From the NCBI RefSeq assembly GCF_026210795.1, contig NC_089431.1, positions 4,340,001 through 4,404,000 on the forward strand: a DNA stretch of 64,000 nt. The letters run 5' to 3'. Each line of letters starts with the position of its first letter. Position 1 is the first letter of the stretch. Positions 41,395 through 54,639 of the stretch are shown piece after piece. The DNA is from Rhizophagus irregularis. Lineage: Eukaryota. Position numbers and translations under genes: made by a program. Under the pieces are notes generated by a model that saw nothing but the letters and a program-made list of their open reading frames with translations, was not told where the DNA came from and searched no databases.

Positions 41395-44030
41395 CTGCTT
41401 CTCGAAGAGCGTCATACCAACAAAGATAAAGATACTGTATCAACAAATAATTTATTATTATGATCCTCAAGTTTTAAGATTCTTAATAAGATTTCTTCTG
41501 GAGCATCCATCTTGGTTTCCACCTTGGTTAATAATGTATGTTGGAAAAGTACATCAATTTTCACAATCAAAAAATTCGTCGGAAACTCCAATAACGAAGA
41601 AATTATTAACGAGGTGTGTTTGCTGATGCCGTTTGATATTATTATTTAATTTTAAATTTATTAAATTTATTAATTTTTTTTTTTCTAGAATCATTTAACT
41701 GGAATGGTTAATCTTTATCCAAATATAATTCAATTTTATGGAGTTACTAAATTAAAAGGTAAAATAATTTAATTTATTTGTAATGACTTTTTTTTTCCAA
41801 AAGTATTTTGTTTATATGTTTTTTTTCATACTTTAGATGAAATAAATTATTCACTCGTACTTGAAAGTGGAACATTAGGAAAATATTTAAGAGATAACAT
41901 TATAACCTTTAAATAAGAGAGCCAATTAAAGTTTGCCAAAGAAATTTCAAGTGCGACTTCATGGTTACATATTGATAAGGGAATTATACACGGAGACCTT
42001 GTAAGTATAATGTATTAATTTTATCTTATATTTCTTTTATATTTATTAGTATCTAATTAACATATTCTTTTTTTTTAACATCCTAATAATATTTTAATTC
42101 AAAAAAGATACAATCAAATTTGCAGATTTTGGACGTTCATTTATAAAAGGGCGGATCCGATAGTAATACTGATACGGGTGTAATATCTTATATGGATTCA
42201 TTCGTGTCTTTTAACCGAAAAATTCGTAATATTCTGGGAATTAACAAGTGGTAAAACCACCTTTCGATTTTGAAACAAAAAATAACGATCTTTTTGAAAT
42301 TTTTAAAATTAAGTCTGATATTCTTAACGGTAAAAGAGAAAACTCTATTTCAAATCCCTATAAGAAATATGTATACGGAAAGGATACGTTTTGTATACAT
42401 TTTACGTACGTTTCTATAGATTCCGTATACAAATTCCGTATATTTAATAAGCAATTAATTTTTGAAAAAACTAATGTATAAGAAAATGTATACGGAAAAA
42501 ATTAATCATGCGGAATGTATACGGAATTTTTAAACTTAACGGTTAATATATTTAGAGATAATTTTACAAAAATTCCGTATCATAACACGAGATCACATGA
42601 TTGTTTATTGTTTTGTTATGATACGTTTTTTGTTTTTATATAAACCCTTACTTTGATGAGTTTGATCTTCCGATTTTCCTTTCTGTCTTTCCTTTCCTTT
42701 CTCTTTCTCTTGTCTTATTTTTGTTATTTTTTCTAAATTTTTCTTCTTACTTCGTCACCCCCTTTTAAAAACAAATTTTTTTTTTTCGTACCTCACTTTA
42801 AAAAAAATTTTTTTTTCGTCACTCTCCTTTGAAAAAAATTTTTTTTTCGTCACTCTCCTTTGAAAAAAAATTTTTTTTCGTCACTCCCTTAAAAAAAAAT
42901 TGTTTCTTTTATTCCCACTCTCCTTTTTTTTAAAAAAAATTTTTCTATTTCCTCTTTATAAAAAAATTTTTATTTTTCTAACTTTGACGTCCTCCCTTTA
43001 AAAAAAAATTTTTTTTTAACTTTCCTAACTTCGTTATCCCTCTTTTTAAAATAATATTTTTTTTGGTTTATTCTTTATTCCCCTTTCTTCTTTATTTATA
43101 TTTAATTTCATAGGCCAGCAGATTTTTTTTGTGAGAATATTCAGTTTCTTTTTTCTTTTTTGTTGATCAGTTTGGGAGTCCTTTTCTTTTTGTAGGATGA
43201 TTCAGGATTTTTTTTCGTTTTTTAGGTCAGTTCAAATTTTCTTGTTTTTTTGTAGGTTGGGTTCAGATTCTTTTCTTTTTGTAGGTTGTTTCAGTTTTGT
43301 TGCTTCAGAGTCTTCTTTTTTTGTAGGTCAGTTTTGGATTTATTTTGTTGTTTTGGTTTCTTTTTCATTAGACGCCTCATAATTCTTTCTTTTATGTAGG
43401 TCAGACATTCTGGAGTTCTCTTTCTTTTTTTGTAGGAATGCTGACCTTTGGTGACTTGGACGATTGCAGATACTATATGAGGGGGGTTTTGTTTCCAATT
43501 TTTTTTTTGTTCTTTTAGGTTGTTTGACTCCAAATGAACCTGATGGTTTTAATAAGGAGGGAATTTTCATAATGTATTTGTACTTTGTTTATTTTTTATT
43601 TTTTATTTAATTTAATAAAGTGAAATTAGATTTATGTAAATACAATTATAGTAAACTGTAATACAAATAGTAAATTCAGTGACCAAATCGTATAAATTTC
43701 GTGATAAAATCAGTGATCAAATCATGTAAATTCCATATAAATTCCGTATCCAAACCATATTTTTAGTGATACGGAATTGTGCATTTTTCCGTATCCTATT
43801 ATGATACGTTATTTCTAAGGAAAAAAAATCGTATAAAAACTTTATAAAAAACGTATCCAATTTTTTTATAGGGAATACAAATGATAAATTCGTTGCTCTT
43901 TATAAAAGTAAGTATAATAAAGTACTATTATAAATTAAAAATTAAATTAACAATGAAGAAGATTTAAAATTTTTTTTTTTACTTTATTTAAATAAAATGC
44001 TGGAAGCATGAACCAGGTGAAAGAGCGGAT
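41395..44030 (+). pseudogene. Array kinase copy E, pseudogene split by transposons
   Basis: All exons recognisable. TAA replaces the Trp of KWESQ; deletions present; CMC element inserted in the KREKPIS|TN region. Confidence 0.88.
42356..43873. mobile_element. Non-autonomous CMC/EnSpm-like transposon, family 2, copy 1
   Basis: CCCTATAAGAAA ... TTTTTTTATAGGG termini; 3-bp TSD AAT; kinase sequence resumes immediately after. Confidence 0.9.
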
Positions 44031-44096
44031 TAGGGATAGGAATCGATTCTAATTTTGAGAATCGATTATAGAATCGACTAATCGCGATTAATCGAA
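44031..44096 (+). mobile_element. Left end of a hAT-like element
   Basis: TAGGGATAGG terminus followed by AATCGATT repeats; truncates the last kinase exon. Right end not found. Confidence 0.55.
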
Positions 44097-45447
44097 TCTT
44101 GCATAATACAACTGCGGCTGCTCTTACGTTTTTAAAGTTAGAAAATTTGACGGCAAGTCATGTTGTACATCTAATCCAATTCCGGTTAATGAATTTTATT
44201 AATCAGAATTTTTTCTTTCGAACCAATCTAAATTTTTTCTGTTCCCCCTTTGTTTTTTTTCTTGAACTGATCTTTTACTTTCAGTTCTTTCTTTTTTTTC
44301 ATATTTCCTCTTTTCTCTCTCGTAACATCTTTTTCTTTTCTTTTTTCTTTTCTTTTTTTAAAAATTTTTCATTTTTTTTTCTTTTTCAGTTTTTTTTCAA
44401 ACTGAAATTTTTTTTTGTTTTTTCTATTCTTTCCCCGTTTAGATTTGGACTTTTTTCCCCAAACCGAAAAACTATTATTATTTTTTTTATATTAAATAAT
44501 CTTATTGTTTCAGTCTTTCAAGACTGATTTTTTTTTATATTATTTCTTTTTTTCGGTACTTATTTTTTTTCGGATTCCCTTTTTTTTTTGAAAATTTCCC
44601 TTTTTTAAACCGATTTTTTTCTTTAACCTTTTTCTTTTCCCACAATTTTTTTTTCATTTTTTTTTCTTTTTCTTTCAAATTTTTTTGTTATTTTTTCTTT
44701 CTTTTTCCTTTTCGGTTTTTTTTTCAATTTTTTTTTTCATTTTTATTTTTCAAAATTTTTTTTATTATTTTTTTTTCTGTTTTTTTCCGATTGGCTTTTT
44801 CTCCAATCTGAAAATTTTTCCCCTTTTCCTTTTTCAGTTTGGCTTTTCAAACTGAATTTTTTTTTCCTAGATACATTCTTTCACCATTTAGGTTTGGATC
44901 AATGCTGCGGCGTCATGGTTATTACTCATGACAATAGTTTTTCAGAATTTTTTTTCATATTAATTAGTGAGATAATTTTTTTTCTATAACAATAGATTGC
45001 TATAATGAATTTCTTGAGATATAATAACAATATTTATGTATTTTTTTTTCAGCAGAAGATGTAATTTTTTTTAATGCTACAATAAAATTTTTTAAGATAA
45101 AAAAAAAAGATTTTTTGTAACAATGTAACAATAAACTACTTATACAAAATTATCTTTGTAAATGTATAAATAAATCATAAATTTCGTAGTACTGAAACAT
45201 TTCTTTCATATTAAATAAAATTTCCATTTAATAATAATATTTCATATACTGTATAACACTTGCACACAATTCATTGTTATTTGTATAATCATATAAATTG
45301 TGTAATTTATTATATTTATTCCTACTAATACCATCATAATAATAGTAAAAAACTAAACCTATTCACACTGCATGGCAAATAAAAATATAAATTATGTTGT
45401 TTATTATTACTCTCATCCCCGGCGCATCGCGACGGGCTACATCTTAG
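44097..45447 (+). mobile_element. Non-autonomous Helitron
   Basis: 5' A|TCTTGCATAATACAAC; 3' hairpin CCCGGCGC-ATC-GCGACGGG followed by CTACATCTTAG|T (CTRR-like end); T-rich interior. Confidence 0.7.
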
Positions 45448-45864
45448 TTAGTAATAAATAAATTTTGAGATTATCCGCAGAAATATTTTTTTAATTATAA
45501 AAAAAATTTCTTATTTAATGGTTTACTTCAGAAATTGGGTAGTTTCTCGCTCTCTCTCAAAAAAAAAAAGAATTAAATAATTAATGAATCGTTCAACAAA
45601 TCATAAACACTAGGAAAACGGAAACCGTTGAGGGTCCGTCGCTTAATACGTTTACATACATATATAAATGGTTACACAAAATGTGTTGCTAAAAATAAAG
45701 CGTTACAAAAAATGTGATACAAACATAAAAGGAAATAAGCAGGGGCTAAATTATAGTGACGTAGGTGGAAGGAAGGAAAAATACATGGGTTAAACCGGTA
45801 CTGCAAATTTATCTAGTTCCGTACAATAAATAGTCCTTCGCTACGCTCCGGACAATAAAACTGA

Positions 45865-46527
45865 CCACTTACTATCAAATAACATATCCTTAATAAGCCG
45901 ATCAACTCAATAAACCAGAACATAAAAGAGAAATGTAATGAATGTAAAAAAAGAAGGAAACCTTTATATGAAAGTCATCAGATTTGTCGTATTTGTTATC
46001 AAATGAAGAAAATATTTAAACCAAGTGGAAACAAAATTATCGATGATTTCATTAGATTTACACAAACTAATCTTATTAAAAAAGAAGGAAAAATGGAATT
46101 TGTTCCTTTAATCAATTTAAAAATAGAGTATTTTTTTCTAAAGGAGGATTTAGTAAAGTTTATAAAGCTACTTGGATTGATGGGTCCAATTATTGAATGG
46201 AATTATGAAATTCAACCTCATCGTAAACTAATTATACAGTTGCTCTCAAAGAACTTAATTCTAAAAACATCACATCTAGAGAATTAAACGAGGTTAAATA
46301 CATACATACAGTATTTAAATTATGTATTAATTAATACAGTAATATAAAATAAATTTCTTATATAGCTAAAGATATTTTATAATTATTATGCAAAATGGGA
46401 AAGACAGTATAATAAAAATAATTTACGTAATGTTCAAAAACTAATTGTATTTAGTACATATTTTGGAATTACACGAGATCCTGAAAATCAAAATATAAAA
46501 AATATAATCATTATTATGGATTATTAT
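45865..46527 (+). pseudogene. 5' remnant of a CxxC-kinase paralog
   Basis: CNEC..ESHQICRIC, SGNKIIDDFIR, frameshifted GGFSKVYKATWIDGP, YFGITRDP. Confidence 0.85.
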
Positions 46528-46959
46528 TTTTGTTATATATGTCTTTCTTTAATGTTAATATTTCAAATTAATAAATTTATTAATTTTAAAATTGATAATT
46601 TTTATCATCATAATTTAATAATATTTGAGACTTTAAATCTTTATGAATTACGCTGAATTTATTATGTTCAAAAGATTATTCTCATTTTAAAGGAACATCA
46701 TTATTGAAAATTTTTTTATTTTTAAATCACATTCAAGTGAATGAATATTATTGTGATATATAAATATAATATTTTATATCATTTCAGAAATTATGAAAAT
46801 TTTATTAAATAAACAATAATAACTTCAAATAAAAAAAGGTCATTAATAATAAAACTTCCAATTTAGTTCCAAAATAGGTCAATAAGAAAAAAAAAAATTT
46901 TTTTTCTTTTTATCCCTTATAAGTTTTAACCGATAAAAATATTTAAACTATTTGAGTAC

Positions 46960-48904
46960 GAGAAAAAAATAAATAAATTTTCAAAGACCGACTTGGAAGT
47001 GAGATACCCGTAATTTCGACATGATTAATGAATGTATACTCAATCCGCCAATTCAAGACCTATTTGATCAAGATTCCAAAGTAACTTGATTACCGTCTAG
47101 TTTAGAAACAGGATCATGGTTAATTTCTCAGGACGTCAGGGCGTTGCATAGATTCTAAAGTCATTTCCAATGCGCAATTCATAACCATATCAGAATTTCT
47201 TTACAGTTTTTACAAAGAGTAACTTTATCACGCGTAAAGATATACATACTGCCAACATAATTTTGTGAAGAAGTAGTCGTGGATGAGTTTGCATTCGGAT
47301 CGTCAAAAAAGACACGAATTGTAAACGGATATCCAAGATAATTTTTTTTGACTCTAATCCGATCTTGCCAATGAGTTAAACTATGGTTTTAAGAAAAAAT
47401 TTAGTGTTTTATTTTTTCACAAGAAAAAAAAATAGTATTAATTACAAAAAAAAACTTACAGATATCTGTTTGGACGGTAATAATCGAGTATTTGCTTTAA
47501 CAATTCTCCTTCAGTATAACCGATTTATATACTTGTAGTTTATAAGAAACGAATACCTAACATCATTTGAATTCAAAAATTCGGTATCACTTTTTTTAAA
47601 AGGAATCAAATCAGTGTCAACACCAATTTTTTTTCTCTTGGAACATAATTAAAAGTTCTGCTTGTTTGATCATCCTCTTCAATCCAAACATCTGGATGAC
47701 ATGATTGCCAATAGCAACAAAGACGATCAACATTGCAATGATGTAAAAGAATATTGGACCAAAAGCTGCAACATCTGGATATTCCATATGACCAACATTG
47801 ACATCACCAACTGCAGAATGTAAAGCATCATGAACAACCTCTACGGATGCAAAATTTCCATTTAAGTTTATATCTCTGGTCCATCAATGATTACTGAATT
47901 TTCACTAGTTTTTAACAAGGAAGATTTGATAAATATTAGGGTGAAAAGATGTTGAGCAATCTTTATCATGTTTAAGCAGCTTGTTTCATCAGCTTTGCTA
48001 AGGTAGTTCTCACTCAGATGCCTGTTTGTAGCAAATCCTTCGGGAGTATAAGGTGCGCCAACTTTTGGAACGTACGGTCTTTGAGTAGGATTTCCTAGGA
48101 TATGAGAAATACAGTATAAGAGTATTGAGATCGATATTCGTTATTCTATTTTATCAATTATTTTTGATCATTTACTTTAGTCACCCACAAGGGACATTGT
48201 TCCAAGGTTTTTGAGAGTGTGTAAGCTCTTAACGGATTTGAAATTCCGAGTATCTTTTAGAATTATCTTTTTCAGTATCAGCGGCTACACGAACGGTCTC
48301 ATCAAAAAAGAATAATGGTATACCATGAGCAAGGGTGGAAAGGTTCAAGTATGGAAATCGAAGATCTTCGAGAGCTTTTACATATCTTGCTTGAATCATT
48401 TTGATAACTATCAATTAAAAAAAGAAAGAAGCGAAGAGATCAATCATTTACTACTTTATAAACATTATATATAGTATTATAACAATAACCTTTGCTTCAT
48501 TATAAATAAATACATTGTTCTAGAACATGATATAGGTTCGATGTCAAGTTGGAAACAAAATATCACCATGACGACAATAACCACCCTCAATTGATTCCAG
48601 GACTTTCTGTTATAAGTACCCAAAACACCTCGTAAGGTAACCCATATATCCCAGCGATTTGGTAAGATCCGAAGAATTTTTTTTGTCGAATGAGAGCAAT
48701 TCCTCTCAAGAATAAGTTACGTTGTTCGACATATTTAACATATTTATCATCTGTCATAAGTATCTCGACAGCAAGGCGAAGTTTTGGCTCAGTACCTGAA
48801 GAAATACGAAATTAAAGAAATAATAATGAGTTGACGTAGTAATAAGAAATCATAACTAATAAATAATTAATACTTACACGATCACTCTCATTAGTTTCTG
48901 CCAT
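46960..48904 (-). pseudogene. Tyrosinase (type-3 copper) pseudogene
   Basis: YQIAGIYGLP, GGYCRHGDILFPT*HR (CuA); HDALHSAVG..GHM..AAFGPIF..HHCNVDRL (CuB); C-terminal domain with CKNC. Stops and frameshifts; 3' end approximate. Confidence 0.88.
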
Positions 48905-50741
48905 AGGTTTTTAATTGATAATAAAAAAATTTGTTATGTCAGAGAATTTTGATAAATTACTCCTCTTTATGTTTTATTGATTTCTTTTCGATCTTCATAT
49001 TCTCTTTTTCTTTTTGACAAATCATAAAAGCACTATTATTATCTTTGGTTATTACACAGATATAAAAGGAATTGAGATGAATTGAATGGATTGAATCAGC
49101 TGTCAAATAATTATAATTATAAAAATTGAATTTTGTTTAACGTACGATTAGTATGGAAAAAAATAACTAATATTAGAAATTCCTTTTCAACTTTTAGTGA
49201 CATTTCATTAGCTGCACAATAACCAAACATTTTGAATGTTAATTATTTAGACGCCAAGTAATAATGTTGGCGAGATTTTTTGTTCTTAAAATAATTTCAT
49301 TCAAAGTCGGGTTCGAATCAGAGTTTAATAATAAGCTTTTTAATTATTACCAAATGTGGACAATAAATGAATCATGAGACCTGATTTTTAATTGTTAAAA
49401 TTCTCTATTATTCTTCTTAAAGATATATGAGACTTTTTTTTTTTGTGAAAAGGGAAGACGGAATTTTTTTTTTATTAATCAGACAAAGCAGAAAATAATA
49501 TTTCCAAATTGGAAAATTCTGACATATCAACGTTAATTTATATGGAAATTTGAATTAATTATCCCTTCTATTTTTAGAGATGATCACAAGGAGATTTTGA
49601 TTGTTTTATTTGTACAGTGTAACTTCAAAGTGTAACTTCATAAACGTGATTTCGATCTAATTAATCGCTCGGGATGATTTTGCAAGACAAGAATACTGTA
49701 CTACTAAATTAGGAGATTAAGGGATTTCGTTATCTACTATATAGATAATATCAAAAATAAAAAAAAAATTAAACCCATTTAAAAACTTCTAAAAAAGAGA
49801 ACATTATGTTCTAATATTAAATCAATTATTGATCTTATTAACACGAAACCTATTCTAGTTTCTCCAATTAACTCTAGTTGACCTGAATCCTGATTTCGAA
49901 TTATTAGATCGTTTTATTCGCTACTCACTTTTTCGTTATATTAACAAATAATTCATTTTATTTACAAAATGATTAAACTTAATAAATATGGTTTCGGAGA
50001 ATTTCAAACATTTAAAAATCAGTTAATTGATGATAAACTCTAAAAATGGAAAAGTATAGAAAAAAAGCAAATAAAAAGTGATATAAAATTCTTAAATCGA
50101 AAAAGTCTATTATCATTACGAAAATTCTAATTTTTCATCTCTTAGTACTTAAAAAATAGTTAGATATTTTCTTTCCAGTTAAATTGAAGGATGTTAAATT
50201 ATCCAACGGCTAAGATTAAATTCAGCTCAATAAAGCTTAGAAATAAAGCAAAGCTACTGTAACGAAAACGAACTTTTGAGAAATCAGAAATTACGTATAA
50301 ATATTTAAACGCGAATATGTTACTTAAATAATGTATCAAATATTAAATTCTAATTTTTATTCTTAATAGTCTAATACCATGTTTTTAGATGTTTACCATA
50401 AACCTTCTCTGGTGAGGATTGGGCTAATTGTTCATGATTAAATTTTACAATATAACATAACTGAATTCTTATAGTGTTTAAAAATGTGTTAATATTTTTC
50501 TTGTACTGAATAATTGAATAAATTAATCAAATGTACAGTATATATCATGATATCAAAATTGTCATTAATACATGGTGATAATTATATTTTTAACATTTGT
50601 GACAATTATATCGAATGACATAATCATATTTAATGACATAATCATGACTTATTTTACATCATTGTATAATATATATACCTAAAAACACATATGATTATAC
50701 GGTCACAGTTTTTCTATAATCTTTTTATCCTATTTAACAAA

Positions 50742-51257
50742 ATGTTTGGACATATAAGATTAATTAGATATGGTCTCAAAAAGCATTCAACGTTCCAACC
50801 TTCTGGTTTCAAAAAATATTCGACATTCCAACCTCCTGGTAATCTAGGGAAAGAATTTAAGTTGATGAATTTTCAATCTCCCGGTTTCAGAAAATATTCA
50901 ACATACCAACCTCCTAGTGGTCTAGGATATTCAAGAAAAAAGATTTATGATCTGGAACGAAATTTAAATGAAATGGGACAAAAATTGAGAGAAGAAATTA
51001 ATAATGTGAGACAAGAAATGGAGAAAAATTTAGGAGAAGAAATTAATAATGTGTGTCAAGTAATGTTAAGAAAAGAAATTAATAATGTGAGACAAGAAAT
51101 AGGTCAAAATTTAGGAGAAGAAATTAATAATGTGAGAGAAGAAATAGGACAAAATTTAAGAAATAAAATAGAACAAGACTTAAGAAAAGAAATTAATGAA
51201 GTGAACCGAAATTCATTAAAAATCATCAATAGAGAATATGAAATATCAAGTGTGTAG
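50742..51257 (+). CDS. Hypothetical coiled-coil repeat protein with a basic, presequence-like N-terminus
   Basis: Three K-x-ST[FY]QP repeats followed by repeated EINNVRQE-like units. Confidence 0.6.
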   Translation: MFGHIRLIRYGLKKHSTFQPSGFKKYSTFQPPGNLGKEFKLMNFQSPGFRKYSTYQPPSGLGYSRKKIYDLERNLNEMGQKLREEINNVRQEMEKNLGEEINNVCQVMLRKEINNVRQEIGQNLGEEINNVREEIGQNLRNKIEQDLRKEINEVNRNSLKIINREYEISSV

Positions 51258-51973
51258 TTATATTGATGATCTTTATTATTTTTTTTATTATTATAATACT
51301 TATTAACGTTAATGAATGTTAGGTTCTGTTTTAGTTACGCTTTCTGCTCTTTATTGCACTTGCATGACAACACTTGGTAAGGCTTTGCTTTATTTTCATT
51401 TATATTAATAAATATTAGTACTAATAATTTATGAAAATATGAATAATATAGCATGTTTATCAATTTTGGATAAATGGGAAAATTTAAAACTTTATTTTTC
51501 AAAACGTTTGGAAAATTTTGCAAGTTATTTTTAACTTATTCTTTCTTTCTTTTTACTTATTAAATTGATTCAAATTAACAATATTTTTTATTTATTATTT
51601 TTTTTTTACAGAAAAATGAACATTGGAAAAATGAAAACTTATTAAAGCCTAAATATTTCAATATTAATAATATCTTGGTGTGAATATGTAATAAATTAAT
51701 ATAGTTTGTTTTGCTATAAGATATTGATTTATTTTGAAATGATTTATTTCTTTTATTAAAAAAAAAATTATTCAAAATTTTAAAATTTTAATTTTCCTTA
51801 AGTTATAATAACTAATAAATCCTGATAAAATAATTAATGTAAGTTGAAATGAAAATTCATGAAATTATTGAAGGTATTATTTACTTTAATAATAAGAATT
51901 GTGTTTTAGTTGGGTAATAATTAAATAATACAATTTGTACAAAACTTAAGTAATTGAATATTATATATACTAT

Positions 51974-53821
51974 CCCTATAAGAAATATGTATACGGAAAG
52001 GATATGTTTTGTATACATTTTATGTACGTTTCTATAGATTCCGTATGCAAATTCCGTATATTTAATAAGCAATTCATTTTTGAACATTTTTTAAAAAAAC
52101 TAATGTATACGGAAAAAATGAATGTATACGGAATTTTTAAACTTAATATTTTTAGAAGATAATTTTACAAAAATCCCGTATCATAACACGAGATCACATG
52201 ATTGTTTATTGATTTGTTATGATACGTTTTTTGTTTTTTATATAAACCCTTACTTTGATGAGTTTGATCTTCCGATCTTCCTTTCTGTCTTTCCTTTTTT
52301 TTCTCTTTTCTCTTGTCTTATTTTTGTTATTTTTTCTAAAATTTTCTTCTTTCTTCATCACCCCCTTTTAAAAAAAAAAATTTTTTGATTTTATTCTTTT
52401 ATTCCCACTCTTCTTTTTTTTTAAAAAAATTTTCTTCTTCCTATTTCTATTTCCTCTATAAAAAATTTTTTATTTTTCCAACTTTGACGTCCTCCCTTTA
52501 AAAAAAAATATTTTTTAACTTTCCTACCTTCGTTACCTCTCTTTTTAAAAAAATATTTTTTTTTGATTTATCCCTTTTCTTTTTTATTTATATTTATCCT
52601 TTTTTTTATTTCATAGGCCAGCAGATTTTTTTTTTTGTAAGAAGATTCAGTTTTCTTTTTTCTTTTTTGTAGATCAGTTTGGGAGTCCTTTCCTTTTTGT
52701 AGGATGGTTCATATGGAAAGCCGTCCTTGACAAAAGGTTGATATCCAGACATCATGTTGGATAATGTCTAGACATCATGTTTGATATATGTAGAATAATG
52801 TTTGTACATCATTCAACATGATACTCAAGCATCAACCGACATGATGTCTTAGACATCATGTTACCAAATATAGTAAATTTTATTTTGTGTAACTCATAAA
52901 TATACTATATTTGGTAATTTGATCAGCATGATGTCTAGACATCATGTCGGTTGATGTCTTTCACATCATGTTAAATAATGTACAAACATCATCCTACATA
53001 TATCAAACATGATGTCTAGACATACCATCATGATGTCTAAATATTATATTTCATGATGTTTGGACATCAACCTTTTGTCAAGGACGGCTTTCCATAGGTT
53101 CAGGATTTTTTCTTTTTTTAGGTCAGTTCAAATTTTTTGTAAGTTGGGTTCAGATTCTTTTCTTTTGTAAGTTGTTACAGTTTTGTTGCTTCGGAGTCTT
53201 CTTTTTTTGTAGGTTAGTTTGGATTTATTTTGTTGTTTTGGTTTCTTTTTCATCAGACACTTCATAATTCTTTTCTTTTATGTAGGTCAGACATTCTGGA
53301 GTTCTCTTTCTTTTTTTGTAGGAATGCTAACCTTTGGTGACTTAGATGATTGCAGATACTATATGAGGGGGTTTTGTTTCCAATTAAGTTAGACGTTCTT
53401 ATGTTTCTTTTTTTTTTGTTTTTTTAGGTTATTTGACTCCAAATGAACCTGAACTTATAGATAATTTTGGTTGCAATAGGTGGTTTTAATAAGGAGGGAA
53501 TTTTCATAATGTATTTGTATTTTGTTTATTTTTTATTTTTTATTTAATTTAATAAAGTAAAATTAGATTTATGAAAATACAATTATAGTAAACTGTAATA
53601 CAAATAGTAAAATTCAGTGACCAAATCGTATAAATTTCGTGATAAAATCAGTGATCAAATCATGTAAATTCCATATGAATCCCGTGCAAATTCCGTATCC
53701 AAACCATATTTTTAGTGATACGGAATTGTGCATTTTTCCGTATCCTATTATGATACGTTATTTCTAAGGAAAAAAATCATATAAAAACTTTATAAAAAAC
53801 GTATCCAATTTTTTTATAGGG
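51974..53821. mobile_element. Non-autonomous CMC/EnSpm-like transposon, family 2, copy 2
   Basis: Colinear with 42356-43873; same termini; 3-bp TSD TAT. Confidence 0.9.
52712..53096. mobile_element. IS3EU-like foldback MITE nested in the CMC copy
   Basis: Perfect 31-bp TIR TATGGAAAGCCGTCCTTGACAAAAGGTTGAT; 6-bp TSD GGTTCA; empty site visible in the paralog at ~43200. Confidence 0.85.
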
Positions 53822-53829
53822 TATATGTT

Positions 53830-54070
53830 ATGAATAATTGAATATTATGATTTACTATTGAAGATGATAAAAACCCTGATGTAAAAACTTTTTGATCAAA
53901 TACTTTTAGATAATCCAAGTAACAGTTCTAAGCAGCAGATAATAAAAGAAATTATTAATACCAAAAGTAATAGATTTAAAACATTATCACAAATAAACAT
54001 GCTTAATTAATCTCAATGTGGATTGATAAATGATTAGAGATTACTATGGATAAATTTAAACATATTTAAT
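53830..54070 (+). pseudogene. Collapsed BTB-TLDc relic
   Basis: EYYD..TIE..PDVKTF-like start and IITNKHA..LISMWIDK..EIT segment match the intact gene at 57726. Confidence 0.55.
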
Positions 54071-54639
54071 TTATTATTATTATAGATGGTTGAAAGTATG
54101 TAAAGATTTTAGCACTTCCTTTATTGGCAAATTTAAGGAATATTTTATATTAGAGATCAATAACCAATTACGATTTCTTCAAGTTTATTACAAATAAATT
54201 CTTAGATGATATCAGAATGTGGAAATCATTTAAATAAACTTTAAATAACAGTGTAAAAAAATCCTTTTACTTTTTAACGAAGTCAATCATAAAATTATTA
54301 ATATAGCTTTGATTTGACTCATTTAGTTCATAAGTTATTTTTGTGTATTTATTGCATTTTTTCAAAAGAAATTTCGTTATTTTCTAAACATTAAAATTTC
54401 CACTGATTGTTGGAATAACAATAATGATTTCTATATATTATATTTAATTTCTTAAATATGATAAAGAAAATTTTGAAAAAAAAAATCAATAAAAAATCAA
54501 TACATGTTTTAAACCAGAAATATAAATATATACTATGATATAGTATACAAATAATAAATGAATTTGCCATAATACTTGATGTTACCAATTATTAATAGTG
54601 TCAAAAATCATATTTAAAAAGAAAAATTACTTTATAAAT

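Noticed and set aside
41340..41430. Signal-peptide-like frame MYSLRHLLLIILNSYCVIAASRR upstream of kinase E, suggesting a secreted or receptor kinase
   Set aside because: Out of frame with the kinase and interrupted by stops in copies A-C.
43291..43570. Lys-rich ORFs inside the CMC family 2 element
   Set aside because: Low complexity, indels relative to copy 2 and no transposase motifs; at most an accessory-gene remnant.
44099..44527. 142-aa Phe-rich ORF
   Set aside because: By-product of the T-rich Helitron interior.
45600..45860. Possible LINE 3' UTR remnant
   Set aside because: No tail or TSD could be identified.
20600..48560. Trp codons mutated to stops in several pseudogenes (NYN, kinase E, tyrosinase), suggesting RIP-like hypermutation
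   Set aside because: Any G>A change in TGG gives a stop; there are too few cases, and the near-identical duplicates in the window show no obvious RIP pattern.
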